Of a stretch of 64,000 nt of DNA, positions 10,226 through 21,206 are shown one piece after another. The stretch spans positions 300,790 through 364,789 of the forward strand of contig CAWHAR010000002.1 of the NCBI GenBank assembly GCA_963827385.1. The letters are read 5' to 3'. Position numbers and translations under genes: made by a program. The notes under the pieces are model-generated. The model saw only the letters and a list, made by a program, of their open reading frames with translations, had not been told where the DNA came from and made no database searches. Each line of letters starts with the position of its first letter. The first letter of the stretch is position 1. Source of the stretch: an uncultured Actinomycetes bacterium (GTDB lineage Bacteria > Actinomycetota > Acidimicrobiia > IMCC26256 > DASPTH01).

Positions 10226-11352
10226 ATGCGCAGGTGGGGGACGGGAGTCGCGGCGGTCGTGCTCGGGTCGCTGGCGTGCACCACGCTCACCGTTGTACCC
10301 GCGGTCGCCGACACAACCCCGTCGGCTCGGCAACTGATCGCCGCCACCAAGGCCGCGGCGAGCCGTCCCGGCCAGGTACTGCACACCACGCTGACAGGGA
10401 AGGACGACGGCGACACGACGCCCGTCGAAGCGTGGATCGACGTCGAGCGCGGTCTCGTGCGCACCCAGCAGGGGACTCTCGACGACGGCGGCTCGGCATC
10501 ACTGGTCGCCGACGGCGTGATGCACTTCCTGCCGCAGTCGCAGGGCAGCGACCTCGCGGCCAGTCGCTGCGCGACCGGAGGACTCGCCGCGAGCCTGGTC
10601 GCGACCTGCGCGACCGCTCTTCCGCGTACGGCCAAGGTGGTCGCCACCACCCACGACGGACATCCAGCGTGGGAGCTCGTCGACACGTTCGACCGCTCGA
10701 GCCACGGCACGACGGTCACGGGAACCAACCGCACATGGTTCGACCGCGCATCGAAGTTGCCGGTGGCACGCGACAGCACGAGCACGTACCGCAGCAAGCG
10801 AGGCACCACCCCGCTCCACATGGCCGCGACGGAGACGCACGAGTTCGTCCCCGCGAGTCGTTGCCCGGCGACTTCTTCACCGTCGAATCCGTGACCGCGT
10901 GGACCGACGCGGCGTACGCGGCCGTTGTCTCGCACCGTGTCGACGGAGAACCGCAGGAGGAACCGGGACCCGTGCTGCAGACCGGCTTGCTGACCGACGG
11001 TACGCCGTGGACGATCAGCGAGGTGACCGTCGGCGACCAAACGTGCTTCGAACTGAAAGTCAATGATGGCGGTCCTTCGACAGGGGCAACGTCCTGCGTG
11101 TACCTCGACGAGGTCAACCCGCAACACCTTGGGGCGAGCATCTCGCAGGTCGGGAAGCATTCGACCGTGGCGGTTGTCTTGGCGCCGAACGGCACGCAGG
11201 CGATCGAAGTGAGCTCGCACGCGAAGCACAGCAGTGAATCCGTGACCACGCGTTCCGATGCGCCGATCGTGGCGTCGGATGGATCGGTGGCATTCCTCGT
11301 CGAGCTGCCCGTCCACGCCCGCCAATTCGCGAACGCCCAAGTGGCCGGCTGA
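10226..11352 (+). CDS. secreted hypothetical protein, one frameshift near 10860
   Basis: Signal peptide MRRWGTGVAAVVLGSLACTTLTVVPAVADT; protein-like sequence continues in track ORF 10153..11352 after a frame change. Confidence 0.5.
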
Positions 11353-11357
11353 CGGCG

Positions 11358-12180
11358 CTACGCCACCCGGCGGTACTTGTGCACGGCGATCGGCGCGAAC
11401 ACCACGACGATGCCGACGATCCAGGCGATCGACTGCAGCACCAGGGACGTGGTCGCACCACCGACGGTGAGTGCACGAGCAGCGTTCACCACGACTGACA
11501 CGGGTTGGTGCTCGGCCCACGGCTGGAGCCACCCGGGCATCGTGCTCACCGGCACGAACGCAGACGACGCGAAGATCAGTGGCGCGAGGATCGGGAACGA
11601 CGCGGCCTGCGCGGTCTCTGGGTCCTTCACGCTCAGGCCCGACGAACGCGAACACCCAGCACAGCGAGTACGAGAACGCCAGGATGAGCAGGATCGCACA
11701 CACGAGACAGAACACGTTCGTGTGGTTGCGCCATCCGATCAGGTAACCGACCACGCACATCAACAGGATCACGAACAGGTTGCGTGCGAGGTCGGCGGTC
11801 GTTCGCCCGACCAGCACTGCCGAGCGAGCGATGGGCAGCGAGCGAAACCGCTCGATGAGCCCGAGGTTGAGGTCGGTGGACAGGCCCACCGCGGTGGTGA
11901 GGGCGCCGAACACCACTGTCTGCACGAACACGCCGGGCATCAGATAGTCGACGTAGGGCACGCCACCGAGCGCCGCGGTGCTGATCGCGCCGCCGAACAC
12001 GTAGCGGAACATCAACACGAACACGATCGGCTGGATGGTCGCGAACACCAACAGCTGCGGGTTGCGCCGGATGTTGAGCAGGTTGCGCCACGCCAGCGTG
12101 AGCGCGTCGCCGATCGGACGAGGCCGGGCATCGCGCGCTGACGGCGCGGTCACCGGCTGCACGAGGGAGGTGGTCGTCAC
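11358..12180 (-). CDS. ABC-2 type transporter permease (DrrB-like), one frameshift near 11650
   Basis: N-terminal 180 aa of track ORF 10096..12180 (LAWRNLLNIRRNPQLLVFATIQPIVFVLMFRYVFGG, six TM segments) plus C-terminus in track ORF 11358..11699. Confidence 0.7.
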
Positions 12181-13234
12181 GATGACTGCTCCTTCTCGTT
12201 GTCGGCGTTGCGGCGTTTCGAGCCGCGGCGTCCTTTGCCTTCGGGGGCGATGTCGTCGAGGTCGGCGACGTGCTCCTCGGCAACGTGGCCGGTGAGCTCG
12301 AGGAACACATCGTCGAGCGTGGGCTCGCGCAACACCATCGACGCGGGGTCGAGCTTCGGCGCGTCGAGCACGCGCACCGTCTCCAACATCGCCGTCGGCC
12401 CGTTGCCGTCGATGATGTGCACGTGCACCACCTTCCCGTCGACGGAGATGCCGCCGACGGACGCGAGGTCGGTCGCGGCGCGGCTGGCCTCGTCGGGGTC
12501 GCGCATGGCCACATCGATCACGGTCGCGCCAAGCCGCGACTTCAACGCGGCCGACGTGCCTTCGGCGATGACCTGGCCGTGGTCGATCACGATGATGTTG
12601 TCGGCGAGACGGTCGACCTCTTCGAGGTACTGCGACGTGAGCAGCACGGTCACGCCCGTGGCGGTGAGGTTCTCGATCACCGTCCAGAGATCGAGGCGGC
12701 CCTGCGGGTCGAGGCCGGTGGTGGGCTCATCGAGGAACAGCACCGGGGGACGATGGACCAGGGCGGCCGCGAGGTCGAGCCGACGACGCATCCCGCCGGA
12801 GAAGGTGCGGACCACCCGATCGGCTGCGTGCACGAGATCGAAGCCGTCGAGCAGCTCGGCCGTGCGAACAGGGATCGTGTCAGCGGGCAAATGGGTGAGC
12901 TTGCCCACCATTTTGAGGTTCTCCGACGCGGTGAGGTTCTCGTCGACCGCCGCGTACTGACCGGCCAGGCCGATCGAGGCGCGGATGCGCTGCGGATCCT
13001 TGGTGACGTCGACGCCGAGCACTTCGGCGTGACCCGCGTCGGGACGCAGCAGCGTGGTGAGCACCCGCACCGAGGTGGTCTTGCCCGCGCCGTTCGGGCC
13101 CAGCACGCCGAGCACTTCGCCGTGCGGGACGCGAACGACACGCCATTGAGTGCATGGACGTCGCCGAAGTGCTTGACAATGCCTTCGGCGACGATGGCGT
13201 CTGCGGGGGGATCAGAAGGCATCGTCGCTCGCAC
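12177..13234 (-). CDS. ABC transporter ATP-binding protein (DrrA-like), one frameshift near 13128
   Basis: Walker A GPNGAGKTT, signature FSGGMRRRL, Walker B LLFLDEPTTGLD; N-terminal 35 aa (MPSDPPADAIVAEGIVKHFGDVHALNGVSFA) lie in track ORF 12677..13234; inserting one C restores FAVPHGEVLGVLGPNGAGKTT. Confidence 0.75.
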
Positions 13235-13256
13235 GATACCAGCGACCCTCGCTGCG

Positions 13257-14159
13257 TCAGTTCGGTCGGGCCACCTTGTAGCTCGTGAGGTCCATCGGAC
13301 GCGGCGTCCTGCGTTCGGCGATGAGCGGGGGGAGGTCGTCCGGCTGCCATCCCTCGACGAGGGTGGTGCCCGTGAAGTCGTAGACCGGTCGCTGCAGTTC
13401 GAGCAGGAGATCGAGGCTGTACACGTCGCGTCCGGTCAGCACGTCGGGATCGCCCGTCGCCAACGCGAGCACGCACTCCACCATCGTCTCGACCGGCTCG
13501 AACGCGCCGTCGGGCAGCCAGCCGGAAGCCACCAGGTTGGGCGTGGCGATGGCAGCCACTGGCGAGAGCACGTTCACCGAGATGCCCTGTCCGTACGTCT
13601 CCGCCGCGAGCCCCCGAGTGAAGCGGTGCAACGCGGCCTTGGTGCTGCCGTAGACGGTTCCCGCGGTGGTCGTGACGCCTTCTGTGTACGGCGGCCCGAA
13701 CGGTGGCTCGGCAGCCTTGGTGCCGATGTTCACGATCGCACCGCTTCCCCGCTCCCGCATGCCGCTGAGCACGTCGCGACACAGGATCCAGGGCGCGTGG
13801 AGGTTCACCTCGAGCGCGGTCTGGAGCTGCGCGTTGGTGAACGCCTCGAACCTCTTGTAGCCACCCGCGGCCGCGACGTTCACGAGGATGTCGACCGGGC
13901 CGAGGGCCGCCTCGGTGCGGGCGACCAAGGTGTCACGTCCGCCGTCGGGGTCGGCCGCGTCACACACGAACATCACGCCTTCGCCCCCCACGGCTTCGAG
14001 CTCGGCCAGCGTCGCCTGCAGCTTCTCCTCGTTGCGCGCGACGATCGCGACCTTCGCACCTTCGGCCGCCAGGCGAATTGCCGAACCTGTCCCCGTGCCG
14101 CCCTGACTCGCGCCGACCACCAGCGCGACCTTGCCCTCGCAGGTCATCCCCACGGTCAT
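13257..14159 (-). CDS. SDR family NAD(P)-dependent oxidoreductase
   Basis: 300 aa intact; GKVALVVGASQGGTG Rossmann motif, catalytic YGSTKAAL (YxxxK). Confidence 0.85.
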   Translation of the reverse strand: MTVGMTCEGKVALVVGASQGGTGTGSAIRLAAEGAKVAIVARNEEKLQATLAELEAVGGEGVMFVCDAADPDGGRDTLVARTEAALGPVDILVNVAAAGGYKRFEAFTNAQLQTALEVNLHAPWILCRDVLSGMRERGSGAIVNIGTKAAEPPFGPPYTEGVTTTAGTVYGSTKAALHRFTRGLAAETYGQGISVNVLSPVAAIATPNLVASGWLPDGAFEPVETMVECVLALATGDPDVLTGRDVYSLDLLLELQRPVYDFTGTTLVEGWQPDDLPPLIAERRTPRPMDLTSYKVARPN

Positions 14160-14202
14160 TCCGTTCTCTCGGTTGGTCGCACGAGGTTCTTGGTACTCGC
14201 GG

Positions 14203-15144
14203 TCAGTCCAGTGCGTCGAGGCGCGCCTTCGTCGCCTCGTACTGGTCGGCGGGTAACGCGCCCTTCGCGGCCACCGCGACGTTCTCGGCCAGGTGCTCGA
14301 GGTTGGCCGTGCCGACGATCGTCGTGTTCATGTCGGGGTGCGTGAGCGTGAAGCGCAACATGAACTCCATGCGCGACATGCCGTCGAGCAGGTCGTCGAG
14401 GTCGGCTTCGTCCCAGCGGACCGCGTCGCTGCTCGAACGCCTCGCGGATGCGATCGGGATAGCCCGCCACGGCATCGAGGCCCTTCGCCGGCACGCCGCG
14501 CGCCACGCCGCCACGGATGATCGTGCCCGCGCCGGCGATCGCCGCGTCGGCGATCGATTCCTCGTGCTCGCGCTCGAGCGCCGAGTAGGGGATCTGGAAC
14601 GCGTCGAACACGCCCATCGCGATGTGATCGGTGAGGTTCGGCAACATGCCCGACATTCCGATGAAGCGCGATCTTGCCCTCGTCGCGCAGCTCCAGGAGG
14701 GCGTCGACTGCACCGTTCGCTTCGAGCGTCTCCTGCGACGGACTGATGTGGAACTGCACGAGATCGAGATGATCGGTGTTCATCCGCTGCAGGCTCTGCT
14801 CGACGCCGGCGCGGACGTTCTCGCGGGTGAACTCGTGCGGCGGGATCACCTGTGCGGGTCGCGCGGCGGCGGGTTCACGAGGCACCCACATTTCGACGCA
14901 AGGAAGTACTCGTCGCGTCGTGACGAGATGTGCTCGCCGATGAGCTCCTCCGACGGGCCGTAGTCGGGCGACGTGTCGATCAGGGTGATGCCGTGATCGA
15001 GCACCGCGTTCAGCAGCGCGCCGATCGTCGCGTCGAGCGTCGCGCCCGCGGCCGTGGCTCGCCGCGCAGCTCCATCGCGCCGTAGCCGAGCTTGGTGACC
15101 TCGAGCCCGGTGCGTCCGAGCGTGGCGGTGGGAAGTGCGGTCAT
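14203..15144 (-). pseudogene. aldo/keto reductase, interrupted by about four frameshifts
   Basis: AKR segments are spread over three frames in track ORFs 14846..15310, 14328..14891, 14156..14713 and 14203..14514; they concatenate into a complete roughly 310-aa AKR from MTALPTATLGRTGLEVTKLGYGAMELRG to ...ATKARLDALD. Confidence 0.7.
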
Positions 15145-15220
15145 CGTCGAACCTCTCGTCGTGGAGGGTCGACCCTACCGGCGGTGCGCGAACGCACACA
15201 CGGAACGCGTTGGAGACTCT

Positions 15221-15295
15221 TGGAGGCGGCGACGGGAATCGAACCCGTGTCCAGGGCTTTGCAGGCCCTTGCCTGAACCACTCGGCTACGCCGCC
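15221..15295 (-). tRNA. tRNA-Cys (anticodon GCA)
   Basis: Reverse complement GGCGGCGTAGCCGAGTGGTTCAGGCAAGGGCCTGCAAAGCCCTGGACACGGGTTCGATTCCCGTCGCCGCCTCCA: 7-bp acceptor stem, GCA in a 7-nt anticodon loop, GTTCGATTC T-loop, U73 discriminator, encoded CCA. Confidence 0.9.
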
Positions 15296-15371
15296 CAGGT
15301 CGTGTGTCACACACGACGAAGCGCCGAGGTTAGCCCTTCACCTCGAGCGATCCGACGCCGAAACCATTCTC

Positions 15372-16312
15372 ATGTCCGACCAATCGGCGGCGCCTGCCGT
15401 CGCGCTCACTGACGTTCGCCGCAGCTTCGGCGAGGTCGTGGCCGTCGACGGCCTCACCGTCGAGGTGCCGCGCGGGACGTCACCGTGCTGCTCGGGCCCA
15501 ACGGCGCGGGCAAGACCACCGTGGTGCGCCTGGTCACCGGTGCGCTCGCACGCCGACTCGGGATCCGTTCGCACCCTCGGCCTCGATCCCGACGTCGACG
15601 ACGAAGGCACGGAGATCCGACGGACGGTGTGGTGTCGTTCCCGCCCGGCCCGCGCTCTACGACCGCCTCGACCGGCAACGAGAACCTGCGGTACGCGGCG
15701 GCGCTGTTCGACGTGGGTCGCGACGTCGCGACCAGCGCGATCGCAGGACGCCGCGACCCGGTTCGGGATCGCTGACGCGCTCGGCCAGCAGGTCGGCGGG
15801 TACTCGACCGGCATGCGCGCCCGCCTCGCGCTCGCACGCGCCGTGCTCCACGACCCCGATCTGCTGCTCCTCGACGAGCCGACCGCCGGACTCGACCCCG
15901 AGTCGGCCCGCGTGGTGCTCGGGCTGATCGACGAGATGGCCGAGCACGGCAAGGCCGTCGTGATGTGCACCCACCTGCTGCTCGAGGCCGAAGGGCTCGC
16001 CGACCAGGTCGTCGTGATGGACCAGGGCCGCGCGGTCGTCGCCGGTTCACCGCGGAGCTCACCCGGCGGTTCTGGCCGTCGGTGACGGTGGTGATCGACG
16101 CCGAGGACCCGACCGTGCTCGACGCGGCGCGCGGCCTCCCGTTCGTCCGCTCCTACCAGCGCAACGGCGCCGCGCTCGTCGAGCTCGCGCGACGAGAGCA
16201 CGTCGCCGACCTCGTCGACGCGCTGGTCGCCGGCGGCGTCCGTCTACTGCGGGTGGAGCCGCGCACCCCGACCCTCGAGGAGCTCTACTTCAAGATCCGG
16301 GGGAACCAAGGG
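15372..16312 (+). pseudogene. ABC transporter ATP-binding protein, at least three frameshifts
   Basis: MSDQSAAPAVALTDVRRSFGEVVAVDGLTVEVPRG (ORF 15135..16085), LLGPNGAGKTTVVRLVTG (ORF 15485..15775), YSTGMRARLALARAVLHDPDLLLLDEPTAGLD and the C-terminus lie in different frames; no stop before the downstream permease ATG. Confidence 0.6.
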
Positions 16313-17144
16313 ATGACGACCAAGCGCACCAGCAGCCTCGCGTGCGTGGGTCATCGCGCGCGCCGACCTCCGCCAGCTCGCGCAGGCCGGGACTTCTGGG
16401 TGCCGCTCGCGATCATCGCGCTCTTGTTCTTCATGGTCATCCCGGCCGTGATGCTGCTCGTCATCTCGACGGTCCAGGACCCGAAGCTGCGTGAACCAAG
16501 CTGGGCGACGTCGTCGGCAGCCTGCCCAGCCCCTGCAGGCCAACGGCACGGCGCCAGGGACCGCGCAAGCGTCGTACACGCTCGCGGTGTACTTGTTCGC
16601 GCCACTCGTGATGATCGTGCCGCTCACGGTGTCGTCGTCCATCAGCGCGAACACGTTCGTCGGCGAGCGAGAGCGCGGCAGCGGCGAGTTCCTCGCCCAC
16701 TCCCCGGCGTCGAACGTCAGATCTACCTCGGCAAGCTGATGGCGAGCCTCATCCCGGGCTACTTCACCGCGCTCGGCGGGTTCGTCGTCTACTCGCGGTC
16801 GTGAACCTGATCGTCTCGGCCCGCAGGCGGGCGGTGGCTCTTCCCGACGGCAACTGGTGGATCTTCGTGCTCTGGGTGATGCCGCCGCTCATCGCCATCG
16901 CGGTCGCGCTGATCCTCTCGATCTCGGCACGCGTGTCGAGCGCGGCCGCCGCCCAGCAGGCCTCGTCGCTCGCGACGCTGCCGCGATCGTGATCGCCTAC
17001 GGCGTGTCGAGCAACACGCTGTTCAAGGGATACGCGACGGCCTTCGTGATCGGAGCAATCGCGTGGCTCGTCGCGCTGCTCGCCCTGCGACAGGCATCGC
17101 ACGCCGTCTCCCGCGAACGCCTGCTCGGCCTTGGCAGCGGCTAG
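16313..17144 (+). pseudogene. ABC-2 type transporter permease, multiple frameshifts
   Basis: TM-rich fragments FWVPLAIIALLFFMVIPAVMLLVIS, YTLAVYLFAPLVMIVPLTVSSSISANTFVGERERG, WWIFVLWVMPPLIAIAVALILS and AFVIGAIAWLVALLALRQ are scattered over four track ORFs in three frames. Confidence 0.5.
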
Positions 17145-17163
17145 AGGGCACGCAGTTGCGGTC

Positions 17164-17212
17164 GTTTTGGCGTCGCAAACGCGTGATATCTACGCGTTGG
17201 TGACGCCAAAAC
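17164..17212. repeat. 49-bp near-perfect palindrome, copy A (GTTTTGGCGTCGCAAACGCGTGATATCTACGCGTTGGTGACGCCAAAAC)
   Basis: Inverted repeat centred on GATATC; lies 25 bp upstream of the acyl-CoA synthetase start; related copies at 45749..45798 and 51816..51864. Confidence 0.6.
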
Positions 17213-17236
17213 AACGGGCGGGGTAGGTTCGGCGGC

Positions 17237-18894
17237 GTGATGGAGAGCTACGCCACGGTGTGGGAGGCAGTCGCCGATGCCACGCCCGAGGCGCTCGCTG
17301 CGGTACAGGGCGACCGCCGGCTGCTGTGGCGCGACTTCGACGATCGCGCGTCGCGCCTTGCGACCGCGCTCGCCGCCCACGGTGTGCGTGAAGGTACGCA
17401 CGTCGCGCTCTTCTTGTTCAACAGCGCCGCGTACGCGGAGGCCCTGTTCGCATGTCTGAAGGTGCGCGCGGTTCCGGTCAACGTGAATTTCCGCTACGGG
17501 CCCACTGAGCTCGCGGCGCTCCTCGACAATGCCGACGCCGAAGCGCTCGTGTATCACCACGCGCTGGGCGACCGCGTGGTCGCCGCGGTGCCGTCGATCC
17601 CGCGGGTACGCACCTTCATCGAGGTCGACGACACCGTCGACACCGTGCGCGACGAGGTCGGCAGGAGCGACAACGAGTCAACCGTGCCGGGTGCGCTCGA
17701 CTACGAAGCCGCGATCGCCGAGCATGCACCGCGGCGCGCATCGAGCGATCCGGACTCGATCATCTGCTCTGGTACACCGGCGGCACCACCGGGCTCCCCA
17801 AGGGCGTGCATCTGGGAACAGGCCACGCTCCTCACCTACGGGCTCGCCTACGGCGCCACGCTGTTCGGCCACGACGTTCCCGACACCGTCGACGCCATCG
17901 CGCGACCGCGAAGGATCTGCGCGACGAGCACACGCCGCTCGTGACCGTGCTCACGACACCAATGGTGCACGCCACTGCGGCCTACATGGTCCATTCGACG
18001 CTGGCGCTCGGCGGCGCGATCGTGATCCTTCCTCGCGGTCGTGTGGACGGCGACGACGTGTGCGCCGCCATCGAACGCGAGCACGGCAGGATCCTGTCGG
18101 TGGTCGGTGACGTGGTGTTGCGGCGAGTCGTCGGCGCGCTCGAACGCGCTGAGGCGGCCGGACGGCCCTACGACATCTCCTCGTTGGTGCGCGTGCACAG
18201 CTCGGGTGCGATGGTGCAACCGACGACCAAGGACGCATTGCACGCCCGCGGATCGATGAGCTTCTACGACTCGCTCGGCGCGAGCGAAGGCGTGGGGTTC
18301 GGGTTGGCGCTCACCTCGGAGCCGGGCGAATCGTCGACCGGCCGCTTCAACCTCGGCGTCAACGCGCGGTGCTCGGCAGCGACGGCCTCGACGTGGTGCC
18401 GGGGTCGGGCGAGGCGGGCGTGCTCGCGGTCACGCGATCGACCGGCGTGGGCTATTACAACGATCCCGAACGCACCGCGTCGACGTTCCGAGAGATCGAC
18501 GGTCGCCGCTACGTCGTGCCGGGCGACTGGGCGGTGCCGCACGCCGACGGCACCATCACCCTGCTCGGGCGGGGATCAGGGTGCATCAACACGGGCGGCG
18601 AGAAGGTGTGGCCCGAAGAGGTCGAAGAGATGTTGAAGACGCACCCCGAGGTGCTCGACGCGTTGGTGGTCGGCATCCCCGACGACGAATGGGGCGAGTC
18701 GGTCGCCGCGGTGGTTGCGGTGACCGCACCGGCAACGGGAGACCGACCGACGCCCGAGGAGCTGGGGCCTGGGTGGCCGACCGGCTGGCACGCTTCAAGC
18801 GCCCGCGCCGAATCGTGCTCGTCGACGACGTGCAGCGCACGACCATCGGCAAGGCCGACTACGCGTGGGCGCGCGCGAGCAGCTCACCAGCTGA
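17237..18894 (+). pseudogene. acyl-CoA synthetase (AMP-dependent synthetase/ligase), at least four frameshifts
   Basis: Adenylate-forming enzyme pieces in track ORFs 17237..17944, 17806..18636, 18369..18971 and 18581..19600; the AMP-binding motif region itself is disrupted. Confidence 0.65.
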
Positions 18895-19740
18895 GGTACT
18901 CGCGAACGAGCGCCGCGGCGCGCTCGGCGTCTTCCTGCACGAAGAAGTGGCCGCCGGTGACCTCGACGTAGGTGCCGTTGCACGCCTCGGCCTGCTCGAC
19001 GAAACGATCCACGGGCAGGTAGGTGTCGGAACCCACGACGATCGTCACCGCCACCTCGAGTCGCTCGAGCCATGCGAACGCGAGCGGCGCGCCATCGGGT
19101 TCGCGCGCGGATTCGAACCAACGAGCCTCCACCTCCGGCGCACAGGCGAGCTCGACCGTGCCATCGTCGCGATCGCGGAAGCCGTAGCGCACGTACGCGG
19201 CCAGGGCAGCCGGCTCCATGACGTCGAGCGGCGGACGGCTCCCGTACGACGCTTGCACCGCCGCGCGGTCCGGCCACACCGCACGACGCTTGCGCGCGGC
19301 CGTCGCCATCGCGTTGCCCGGCGCCGGTTCGCGGCGGCAAGCGGCGGAAAGGCGATCGCCTCACACAGCAGGATCTTGCGCACGAGACCAGGCCGGAGCG
19401 AATCGGCGATCAGGGTGATGCCGCCGCCCGACGACTCTCCGAGCGCCACGACCTCCTCGAGCCCGAGCGCGTCGAGCACCGCGAGCACGTCGTGGGCGCC
19501 CCGCTCGAACGTGCAGTGGGCGAGATCAGCCGGCGCGTCGCTGGCGCCGTGGCCGCGCAGGTCGACGGCCACGCACCGGAACTCGTCGCGCAACACCTGA
19601 GCGAGCGGATCGAACAGCCCCGGCGCAGAAGCCATTGGGATGCTGCAGGAGCAGTGGGGACCGTCGCCGCCCCAATCGAGCGCGGCGATCTCGATGCCGT
19701 CGTTCGTGACGGTGACCGGCCGGGCGTCCACCGTGCGCAA
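18884..19740 (-). CDS. alpha/beta hydrolase, one frameshift near 19330
   Basis: N-terminal 130 aa in track ORF 19045..19740 with nucleophile elbow GESSGG; C-terminal 140 aa in track ORF 18884..19309. Confidence 0.7.
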
Positions 19741-19784
19741 CGTACCGGACTGCCGTAGTGTCGTTCATGCTCGGGGGAGGTTCC

Positions 19785-20806
19785 ATGGCACCGCACGCTC
19801 GACGTACGACGTCCGCCATCATGCGCGCCGCACTCGCGGCCGCGGCGTTGGCGTGCGTGTTGCTGGCCGGTCTGGCGATCGCAGCAGGGGTCGCGACTGC
19901 CGGAACGGTCCCAACCGTCTCCGGCACCGGCGCGAGCAACCGTGATGCCGACACGCTGGTGGTCGTCACCGGCGACATCGTCGTGGCATCCGGCGATCGC
20001 GTCGACAACGTCGTCCTGATCAACGGTGATCTTCGGATCAACGGTCGCGTCACCGGCGACGTGTTCGTGGTGAACGGCAACGTCGTGGTTGCCGACTGGT
20101 CAAGGGCGACGTGACGTCGTTGAACGGTCGGGTCACGCTGCTCGCCAACGCGCAGGTGGAGGGCGACGTCGTCTCGAAGGATCCCCCACGCATCGCGGCC
20201 AGTGCCCACGTGAGCGGCGACATCGATCGCGCGCGCGACCGGTTCGCCCTGGGCCGACTCGGCACGATCGGCCGAGTCTTCCTCTGGATCGTGGGCACCG
20301 TGTCGTCGTTGCTGCTCGGCGTCTTCTTGCTCCTCGTCGCGCCCAGCGCGATGGAATCGGTCGCCAACGCGACGCGCACCGCCATCGGCCCGATGATCGG
20401 TCTCGGCGTGGCGCTCGCCATCGGGGTGCCCATCGTGGGTGTCCTCCTCTCGATCACGCTGCTGGCGCTGCCGTTGGGCGTCGCCCTGCTCCTCGGTCTC
20501 GGGATCTTCTACGGCGTCGGATACGCCGCCGGTGCGATCGGTGTGGGTCGTCTGATCGTGCGGACACCGACCAACCGATGGCTGTCGTTCCTGGCCGGCT
20601 GGGGGCTGCTCCGCGTGTTGGCCATCGTGCCGGTGCTCGGCGTGCTCGTGATGATCGCGACCGTCGTGGTGGGGCTCGGGTCGATCACCGTCGCGGTGCA
20701 CCGCAGCCAGCGTTCCCGCAAGGACGCCGATCCATCCGGGATCGACCCGGACCCTCGGCCCCCGGCGCAACCGCCGGCGCCCCCGAGTTCGGTACCGGCG
20801 GCCTGA
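19785..20806 (+). CDS. bactofilin-like repeat protein fused to a polytopic membrane domain, one frameshift near 20100
   Basis: GGAGG 4 nt upstream of ATG 19785; signal/TM segment; repeated GD(V/I)xVxxG(D/N)(R/V)V beta-helix-like units across track ORFs 19758..20114 and 20111..20806; inserting one G in TGGTC gives ADWVKGDVTSLNG; C-terminal about 180 aa hold at least five TM helices and a Pro-rich tail. Confidence 0.55.
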
Positions 20807-20862
20807 TCGTCACGACCGCCACGACTCGACACGCCCCCGCGGCGGTTCGGTATCCTGCCGCC

Positions 20863-20985
20863 ATGGCAACTGCACCGGGGACCCGTTTGCGCTGCGCGAA
20901 GTGCGAAACCGAGATCATCGTGGTGAAGGGCACCGACGGCGAACTGTCGTGCTGCGAGCAGCCGATGGCCGAGAAGGACAGCTGA
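20863..20985 (+). CDS. desulforedoxin-like small metal-binding protein (CxxC...CC), 40 aa
   Basis: MATAPGTRLRCAKCETEIIVVKGTDGELSCCEQPMAEKDS; Cys spacing matches desulforedoxin / desulfoferrodoxin N-domain; too short for the track. Confidence 0.55.
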   Translation: MATAPGTRLRCAKCETEIIVVKGTDGELSCCEQPMAEKDS

Positions 20986-20986
20986 G

Positions 20987-21130
20987 ATGGCGAACCTGAT
21001 GGGCAAGCGCTACACGTGCGGCGTCTGCGAAGCCACCGTGCTCGTCACCAAGGCGGGCGACGGCGAGCTCGTCTGCCACGGCCAGGCCATGGAGATCGCG
21101 GTGGCCAAGCCGCTGCCGTCGTCCGACTGA
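20987..21130 (+). CDS. desulforedoxin-like paralog with CxxC...CH variant, 47 aa
   Basis: MANLMGKRYTCGVCEATVLVTKAGDGELVCHGQAMEIAVAKPLPSSD; starts 1 nt after the stop of the preceding mini-gene; second Cys of the CC pair replaced by His. Confidence 0.5.
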   Translation: MANLMGKRYTCGVCEATVLVTKAGDGELVCHGQAMEIAVAKPLPSSD

Positions 21131-21206
21131 CCACGCCGCTCCGCCCGGTGCTCGCACCGGCTACGCCTTTCACATCGACACCATTGCGCACCTCCGGGGG
21201 GAAACT

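Noticed and set aside
15100-15400. Possible integrase, attachment site or genomic island at tRNA-Cys.
   Set aside because: No integrase, recombinase or duplicated tRNA 3' fragment is visible in the window. The flanking genes are ordinary, though damaged, metabolic genes.
16313-16315. ATPase-permease fusion protein suggested by the absence of a stop before ATG 16313.
   Set aside because: It is more likely that the ATPase stop codon was lost to one of the many local frame errors than that this is a genuine fusion.
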